Assembly (NCBI GenBank): GCA_018675335.1
Contig: JABGYH010000006.1
Span: 17,464-81,463, forward strand
Direction of reading: 5' to 3'
Length of the DNA: 64,000 bases
DNA from: Candidatus Woesearchaeota archaeon
Lineage (GTDB): Archaea > Nanobdellota > Nanobdellia > Woesearchaeales > UBA11576
The position numbers were made by a program, and so were the translations under genes. Of this stretch, positions 57,314 to 64,000 are shown in pieces. The notes beneath the pieces are model-generated. The model made no database searches. It saw only the letters and a list, made by a program, of their open reading frames with translations, and was not told the origin of the DNA. Positions within the stretch are counted from its first letter, which is position 1. Every line of letters begins with the position of its first letter.

Positions 57314-59986
57314 TTAAACTTCGGATCGGCCACTTAATTTCCAAATAAATTTAATTAATTCGCCGAATATGAATACGCTCGAAGTAACTCCCACAATAAT
57401 TACCCAATCAAAAACACCTAAACTTACTGTTTTAAATAAAGCACTTAATGGAGTATAAATTACAACTAGTTGCAATACAATTGATATTACAACAGCATAA
57501 ATTAATTTCATATTTGAAAAGATTCCAACCTTGAACAAAGATGATTCTTCTGCTTTTGAGTTAAATACATTCCACATCTGAAACATCATAAGCGCACAAA
57601 AAGCAACAGTTCTAGCATAATCCATCCCATACTTAAAATTATAATAAGTAAACAATGCTAATGTTCCAACCATCATTATAAGTCCCACAAAAACCATGAA
57701 TACTGCTCGAGGTTTATCAATAATTCCTGACTCAACTTTTCTTGGTTTTCTTTTCATAATATCTGGACTTGGAGGATCAACACCTAAAGCTAACGCAGGC
57801 AATCCATCAGTTGTTAAATTAACCCATAAAATTTGAAGAGCAATTAATGGTAAAGGAAGCCCTAATAATATTGCAACAAATATTGTTAACACTTCACCAA
57901 GATTACAAGATAATAAATATTCAACAAATTTACGAATATTATCAAATATATTTCTTCCTTCTTCAACCGCACTTACAATCGATGTAAAATTATCATCCAA
58001 AAGAATCATCTCACTTGCTTCTTTTGCAACATCAGTCCCACTTATGCCCATAGCAATTCCTATATCTGCTTTTTTAAGAGCGGGAGCATCATTTACTCCA
58101 TCCCCAGTCATTGCAACAATATGTCCTTTCTTTTGTAATGCTTCTACAATCTGTAATTTATGTTCCGGATTAACTCGAGCATATATTGAAATTTCATCTA
58201 CTTGTTTTAATAATTCTTCAGAACTCATATCATTTAATTCTGAACCCATTATTGCTTTACCTTCTATTCCTAAAGCTTTTCCAATTGCAACTGCAGTCTT
58301 CAAATAATCTCCAGTAATCATCACAACTTTAATTCCCGCAGTTCTACATTTGGCAATAGATTCTTTTACTTCTTTTCTTGGAGGATCAATCATACATTGC
58401 ATCCCAACAAAAACAAGATCTTTTTCATAATCTTCTTTTTTTGTATTATCAGTTATTTCTTTAAATGCAAATCCCAAAACTCTTAATGCTTGTGAAGAAA
58501 ATTCATCATTTTTTAAAAGTAATTTCTTTTTCATCTCTCGAGTAATTCTTTGTCTTTTTTCACCAATCCAAATATACTCACAATTATCAAGTATTACATC
58601 AACCGCTCCTTTGACATAAACTACTTTGCCATTATCAGTTTTATGAACTGTAGTCATTCGTTTTCGCTCACTTGAAAAGCCTACTTCATCAACACGAGGA
58701 TATTTTTTATTTAATTCAGAATAATCAAGTCCTGCTTTTAACGCTGCGGTTAATAAACAACCTTCTGTGGGATCACCCATACATTCCCATTTTTCTCGAT
58801 TTAATTTTGCATCATTATTTTGTGCACCTATTTTTAAAATAAGTTTTAATTTTTCTGAAGCTATACTAAATTCACCTTCAGGCTGATATCCATCACCCGA
58901 AACAGAAATTTCGCGATCATCATAAAATATTTTTTTTACAGTCATTTGATTATGTGTCAAAGTTCCTGTCTTATCACTACAAATTACAGTTGTGGCTCCT
59001 AGCGTTTCTACACTTGGAAGATGTCTCATTAAAGCGTTTCGTTTTAACATTCTTTGAACGCCTAATGCCAAAGCGATTGTGACTACTGCAGGTAATCCTT
59101 CAGGTATTGCTGCTACTGCAAGAGATATTGCTGCAAGTAACATTTCAACTGCACCTTCACCTTTCAAAAAACCAGTAATGAATGTGATTATTGCAATTAC
59201 CACAACTAAAATACCGAGTGTTTTTCCAAGCTTTTGTAATTTTAACTGAAGAGGTGTAAGATTTTTTTCTGCATGTTGAATTAAATGTGCGATATGTCCA
59301 ATTTCAGTTCGCATTCCAGTTTCACAAACTATTGCTTTTCCACGACCATTAGTAATTACAGTTCCAGAAAAAATCATATTTTTTCGATCACCAATAGTAA
59401 CTTCTTTATCAATTACAAATATTTTTTTAGTCACAGGAACTGATTCTCCAGTAAGTGCTGCTTCTTCAATATTCAAATCAACTGCCTCTATTAATCTACA
59501 ATCTGCAGGCACTTTTTCTCCTGTTTCAAGAATTAATATGTCTCCAGGAACGAGTTCTTTTGCATCAATTTTCACATGATGGCCATCCCTAAAAACTGTC
59601 GCTCTTAAACTAGACATCTTTTTTAATGCTTCAATTGATTTTTCCGCTTTAAATTCTTGTACAAATCCTAAAACAGTATTTAACAATAAAATTATTGCAA
59701 TTACAACTGCATCCACTACTTCAGAAACTAACAATGAAATTATTACTGCTCCAATGAGTATCCAAACAATAGGTGAATTAAATTGAGATAATAAAATATG
59801 CACCCAATTTTCTTTTGATCCTTCTTCAAGTTCATTTGTTCCAAATTCATCTAACCTATTGGTTGCATCTTTAGATGATATTCCTTTTGGAGAACTAGTC
59901 AATTTTAAAAAAACTTCCTGTAAAGGTAATTTATACCAATCAGTTTTAGGCGTTGAATTTTGTTTGGATTTTGTTTTCGGAGACAT
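57314..59986 (-). CDS. P-type IIA cation (Ca2+)-transporting ATPase
   Basis: TGES, PEGLP, DKTGTLT, KGA, DPPR, TGDGVNDAPAL. Confidence 0.95.
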   Translation of the reverse strand: MSPKTKSKQNSTPKTDWYKLPLQEVFLKLTSSPKGISSKDATNRLDEFGTNELEEGSKENWVHILLSQFNSPIVWILIGAVIISLLVSEVVDAVVIAIILLLNTVLGFVQEFKAEKSIEALKKMSSLRATVFRDGHHVKIDAKELVPGDILILETGEKVPADCRLIEAVDLNIEEAALTGESVPVTKKIFVIDKEVTIGDRKNMIFSGTVITNGRGKAIVCETGMRTEIGHIAHLIQHAEKNLTPLQLKLQKLGKTLGILVVVIAIITFITGFLKGEGAVEMLLAAISLAVAAIPEGLPAVVTIALALGVQRMLKRNALMRHLPSVETLGATTVICSDKTGTLTHNQMTVKKIFYDDREISVSGDGYQPEGEFSIASEKLKLILKIGAQNNDAKLNREKWECMGDPTEGCLLTAALKAGLDYSELNKKYPRVDEVGFSSERKRMTTVHKTDNGKVVYVKGAVDVILDNCEYIWIGEKRQRITREMKKKLLLKNDEFSSQALRVLGFAFKEITDNTKKEDYEKDLVFVGMQCMIDPPRKEVKESIAKCRTAGIKVVMITGDYLKTAVAIGKALGIEGKAIMGSELNDMSSEELLKQVDEISIYARVNPEHKLQIVEALQKKGHIVAMTGDGVNDAPALKKADIGIAMGISGTDVAKEASEMILLDDNFTSIVSAVEEGRNIFDNIRKFVEYLLSCNLGEVLTIFVAILLGLPLPLIALQILWVNLTTDGLPALALGVDPPSPDIMKRKPRKVESGIIDKPRAVFMVFVGLIMMVGTLALFTYYNFKYGMDYARTVAFCALMMFQMWNVFNSKAEESSLFKVGIFSNMKLIYAVVISIVLQLVVIYTPLSALFKTVSLGVFDWVIIVGVTSSVFIFGELIKFIWKLSGRSEV

Positions 59987-60145
59987 TTTAATTTCCTCAG
60001 ATAATTTTAAAAAATAAAATCAATAAAAAAAGTCAATAAATAAAATAAATAACTAAAATCAATAAAAAACGCGATAAAAAAAACGCACAAATATTAAAAA
60101 AAAATAATAGTAATAAAAATAATAATAAAAAGAAAAATTTAAAAA

Positions 60146-61789
60146 TTAGACAATTAATTTTTCTACTTGTTTTTCTTCCAAATGATTTACCCAATCATTA
60201 ATTAAAGAATACCTAACCAGTCTACTCATTAACGATTCACCAATATCTCTCCTTTCATAAAGCATGTTTATTGAATTATCATCTTCTTCTTCAACTACTT
60301 CATATACTGCAACTTTAAAAATAAATCTTGCAGATTCTTTATACAATTGAGAATGTGACATTAATTCGTAAAGTCCTTTTTTGAATGGAACTTCAAAATT
60401 AATTAATCTTGGTAAACCAACTGCCTGTCTAAAAAAAGATCCCTGAAAAATAACATCAGCATCTGATTTTAAATCTAAATAATTAGTTTTTGGATCATCT
60501 AACTTAAGAAGTAATTGTTCTAATTCAGAATCAAATTTATATGGCACATAACGAGCATCCACTCTTTGACGTAAATAAACCAATCTTTCTTCAAGTGTGC
60601 TGCTGCCATCATCAAACGTTTTATTATTATCCACTGTATTTTTAATTGATCTATAATTTAAAACCATTTGTTCCCTTAAATTCATTAATTGTACTCCCCT
60701 AACAGAATATTTAACTAATTGTAATTGTTGTTCACCAATTTGTCTGAAGAATCTATCTTGCACAATATCTTTAAAGCCTACATCATGATCCAGAGATTGT
60801 TGTAAGTCATTTTCCATATCAATTCTAAGGTTGCCCTCCATTCGATATAATTCCTGATACACAACTAAATCTTTTACTTCTTTTGCTTCTTGATCAAGTG
60901 CATCTTCTAAAGATTCTAAACCATCAATATTTTGTTCTAATTGTTCAATATATAAGTCATTTTGTAAATTAGAAAAGTGTATTGCAAAAAAAGAATAAAC
61001 TGAAATAAGTACTACTGCAAAAATAACTGTATACACAATTGAATGTGATAAACTTTTTGTAGCATCTTTAAATGGATGTTTTGGATCAAAAAAGTAAACA
61101 TAATAATATTTACTGAAGAAAAAATACAAAAATACTGCCGGCAATAAATACCAAACAATCACACTAATAAATCCCATAAAATTTGCTGAAGGAATTAATG
61201 CAATTAAAAACAATAGTATTAACGCAAGTGCTAATGCCAGGGTATGCGAGTATATCATTCTCCACGATATCTCAACTAAATCATATTTTTTATCATGTTT
61301 AAAATATATTAAAACTGAAGTTATAAATGACACTAAAAATAATGCAAATACCACCCAACTCCAAATATCATTAAATATTAACAGAGTTATTATTAATGGC
61401 AAAAATAATACTGAAATTATCATCACACAATCATACGTCCTATGCCCATGAAAATGAAGTCCATGAACAATCAATAGCACAGCAGATAATGAAATAAAAT
61501 AACCAATCAGTGCTGGCGAAAAGAAAATTAATGATAGAGCAAATAATGAAAGCATAAAAATTATAATATGCATTCTTTCTTCGCCAAAACTTCTAGTAAA
61601 ATATTGATCAAAACTTTTTTTAGCTTTTTCCTGATTAGAATTTTCAGGAGCACTTACGCGAATCTCAGTTTTTCTTGCTCTTCCTTTTGGCTTCACAGGT
61701 TTTTTCAAAGATTTTTGTTTAGAACTTGCTTGTTTAGTAGCAGTTTTTGATTTTACTTTGGTAGATTTTTTTTTGACTTTGGATTTCAT
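60146..61789 (-). CDS. Hypothetical multi-pass membrane protein with Lys-rich N-terminus and helical C-terminal domain
   Basis: 547-aa ORF, about 7 TM segments, SD GAGGT. Confidence 0.75.
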   Translation of the reverse strand: MKSKVKKKSTKVKSKTATKQASSKQKSLKKPVKPKGRARKTEIRVSAPENSNQEKAKKSFDQYFTRSFGEERMHIIIFMLSLFALSLIFFSPALIGYFISLSAVLLIVHGLHFHGHRTYDCVMIISVLFLPLIITLLIFNDIWSWVVFALFLVSFITSVLIYFKHDKKYDLVEISWRMIYSHTLALALALILLFLIALIPSANFMGFISVIVWYLLPAVFLYFFFSKYYYVYFFDPKHPFKDATKSLSHSIVYTVIFAVVLISVYSFFAIHFSNLQNDLYIEQLEQNIDGLESLEDALDQEAKEVKDLVVYQELYRMEGNLRIDMENDLQQSLDHDVGFKDIVQDRFFRQIGEQQLQLVKYSVRGVQLMNLREQMVLNYRSIKNTVDNNKTFDDGSSTLEERLVYLRQRVDARYVPYKFDSELEQLLLKLDDPKTNYLDLKSDADVIFQGSFFRQAVGLPRLINFEVPFKKGLYELMSHSQLYKESARFIFKVAVYEVVEEEDDNSINMLYERRDIGESLMSRLVRYSLINDWVNHLEEKQVEKLIV

Positions 61790-61867
61790 TTTTTAAACCT
61801 CTTTTTCAATGAATAATTTTAATAAATAAACAAAATACTTCAATAAATTAATTAAATAAAATTTTAT

Positions 61868-63175
61868 TTAATCACCTAAATCTATTGTTTCACCTAAGCT
61901 CGGAGCACAAACATCATATTCTTTTACTTTAGCCCATTCTAAAATCTCATTTAACGCCTCAGGATCACCATGCATTAAGATAAGTTTTTTTGGATTAATA
62001 TTTCTTATCAAATCTTTTATTTCTGCTTGATCAGAATGTGCTGAAAAATCAAATTTATCTAATTGACAATTAACTTTTTTTCTGTGCCCATCAATATATA
62101 CGCAACCTTCTTCCATCAGTAATCTACCATTAGTAGCTTCTGCTTGATAACCCGTTAGAAGTATTGAATCTCGATTATTTTTATACGTTTCTTTCAAATA
62201 AGAAAGTATTGCACCACCAGTAAGCATTCCTGACGTTGTTACAATTATTGATTGACGTCTAAGAACTTTTTTTCTCATCTTACCATCAACTTTTATTGCT
62301 TTATTAAACATTTTTTGTAATTTTTTTGAATCTTTTAATGTTTCAGGACACGCAAGCATTATTTCTGTTGCTTTTTTAGCCATACCATCTAAATATATGT
62401 TTATTCCCATTTTATCATAATCAGAAACATTTTCAGCAAGCATCAATAAAATTTCTTGTGCACGTCCAACTGCAAAAACAGGAATTAATACATTCCCTCC
62501 TCGAGCTAAAGTAGTAGATATTACTTTCAAAAATCTATTAACTTCAGTTCTTCTAGGAGAATGAATTCTATTACCATATGTTGTTTCAGTTATTAATACA
62601 TCAACATCACTTAAATCCCTCTTAACATCAACACTCGGAGGATTTAGTAAACAAGTTTCACTTGCTTTTATGTCCCCCGTATAAAAAATTTTTTTATATT
62701 TTGAATGACTTGTTTCAACTAAAATAGACGTACTTCCAGGAATATGCCCTGCATCATAAAAAGTAAAATCCAAATCACCAATAGTTCCTTCTTCTCTTAA
62801 TTTTACTCGACGCATAAAATCAAGTGCTTTGTAAATATCATTTTTTTCATAACCTAAATCTTGAAATGATAATTTCCCTACTTTAAATGAGTCTGTTAAT
62901 AATAATCTACAAATATTTTTTGTAACTTTAGTGCAAAAAATTGGACAATTAAGTCCATTGTGATCCAAATAAGGTAACGCCCCACTATGATCTACGTGTG
63001 CGTGAGATAAAAAAACTGCATCAATCTGATCAAGATTATTCAAGTTTATCGGATATGCAGTTCCTTCAGGTTCAATCATGATTCCACTATCAAATAAAAC
63101 TTTTGTTCGACCAGTGTCTAGTTCTACACAACTTCGCCCTACTTCTCTCGCACCACCATGGAATGTTAATTTCAT
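61868..63175 (-). CDS. MBL-fold beta-CASP ribonuclease (aCPSF-like)
   Basis: GGAREVGRS, SHAHVDHSG, AGHIPGS, ETTYG, FAVGRAQE, FSAHSD, HGD. Confidence 0.92.
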   Translation of the reverse strand: MKLTFHGGAREVGRSCVELDTGRTKVLFDSGIMIEPEGTAYPINLNNLDQIDAVFLSHAHVDHSGALPYLDHNGLNCPIFCTKVTKNICRLLLTDSFKVGKLSFQDLGYEKNDIYKALDFMRRVKLREEGTIGDLDFTFYDAGHIPGSTSILVETSHSKYKKIFYTGDIKASETCLLNPPSVDVKRDLSDVDVLITETTYGNRIHSPRRTEVNRFLKVISTTLARGGNVLIPVFAVGRAQEILLMLAENVSDYDKMGINIYLDGMAKKATEIMLACPETLKDSKKLQKMFNKAIKVDGKMRKKVLRRQSIIVTTSGMLTGGAILSYLKETYKNNRDSILLTGYQAEATNGRLLMEEGCVYIDGHRKKVNCQLDKFDFSAHSDQAEIKDLIRNINPKKLILMHGDPEALNEILEWAKVKEYDVCAPSLGETIDLGD

Positions 63176-63178
63176 TTT

Positions 63179-64000
63179 TTATTCACCATTTAATTGTTTT
63201 CTAATTTCTTGAGCATATAATGTCCTATTTATTTCAGCTTTTGAAACTTTTCCACCAAATAAATTCATAAGTTTAGTTCTAAATCTTGGATCATCATATC
63301 GATTTCCAGTTAAACTTGCAGCCAATTTTAAGTATTGAACTGAAGAATTAGCATTAGGTAATGCCGTCGAAACAGGTGCTGTATGAGCTAATGATTCCAA
63401 AACTTTTAAATCATCAGGAATTACTGCAAGTATAGGAACTTCAGTTGATTTTTCAATTTCTGATAAATTTAATTCAAAGTTTTTTCTTCGATGTTTATTT
63501 ACGATTAATCCACTAATGGGAGTTTTTTTATCTTTTGCAATTTGTATTGCTTTCATAGTACAACTCAAAGTTGGATAATCAGGAGAAGTTACAACCAATA
63601 TCTCATCAGCAGCCATTATCGCAGATAATGTTTCTTCATTCATTGCAGGCGAAGAATCAACTATAATAAAATCATACTGACTTTTCAAATCAATTATTCT
63701 ATTTCTTAATTTATACGGATTTATTCGTTTATCTTTTAATGATGCAGTTAAAATATGCATGCCTGACGAATGTGCAACTAATGCTTGAGAAACAGGAACT
63801 TCATCTGCTAAAACTTCATTAAGAGTATATTCTGGGTCAACAATACCTACATGAAGTCCTAAATTAGGCGCAGAAAAATTTGCATCAACAACTAAAACAT
63901 TTTGTCCAAAATGTTGACTAAGTGCTGCCCCAAGATTCAAAGTAGTAGTGGTTTTTCCAACTCCCCCTTTTACAGATATTACACTAATAATCTTTCCTTG
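63179..64000 (-). CDS. minD: MinD/ParA family ATPase (5' end beyond the window)
   Basis: Frame continues upstream of 63940 as QGKIISVISVKGGVGKTT (deviant Walker A); VDAN, DSSP, IPDD. Confidence 0.85.
   Translation of the reverse strand, partial: QGKIISVISVKGGVGKTTTTLNLGAALSQHFGQNVLVVDANFSAPNLGLHVGIVDPEYTLNEVLADEVPVSQALVAHSSGMHILTASLKDKRINPYKLRNRIIDLKSQYDFIIVDSSPAMNEETLSAIMAADEILVVTSPDYPTLSCTMKAIQIAKDKKTPISGLIVNKHRRKNFELNLSEIEKSTEVPILAVIPDDLKVLESLAHTAPVSTALPNANSSVQYLKLAASLTGNRYDDPRFRTKLMNLFGGKVSKAEINRTLYAQEIRKQLNGE

Noticed and set aside
5560-61750. Numerous 60-143 aa ORFs antisense or out of frame within genes (e.g. 42346-42777, 44185-44517, 22204-22482, 49020-49304)
   Set aside because: Shadow ORFs overlapping confidently identified genes, with no motifs or SD.

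Overview
This is a very AT-rich archaeal chromosome segment. Archaeal markers include eS1/rps3Ae, ftsZ-secE-spt5-rpl11, an ATP-dependent DNA ligase, type II MetAP, Bud32, Elp3, TATA/BRE promoters and a BHB-intron tRNA. Gene content and style suggest a DPANN archaeon, most likely Woesearchaeota-like (inference). Main blocks: (1) 0.2-12.9 kb is a cell-envelope locus. It holds an LTA-synthase/GDPD fusion, two GT-C and two GT2 glycosyltransferases, an exosortase/archaeosortase, four exported proteins with shared motifs and a divergent S26 signal peptidase. I interpret it as a candidate undescribed donor-strand surface-filament assembly, anchoring and glycosylation system, with a paralogous two-gene module at 49.1-51.4 kb. 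(2) 19.3-24.0 kb is a bacterial-type nrdR-nrdD-nrdG-dut cluster with tandem NrdR boxes next to an archaeal promoter. Its class III RNR is split, with the glycyl-radical domain on a separate small gene. (3) Housekeeping translation, division and repair genes are interspersed with orphan ORFs. (4) There is a two-intron tRNA-Arg(GCG) and an RNA-modification operon (elp3, Rmt/ArmA-like, NSUN, MnmC-MTase-like). No CRISPR array, rRNA, transposase or integrase was seen. All calls come from motif recognition by eye; no database search was run.
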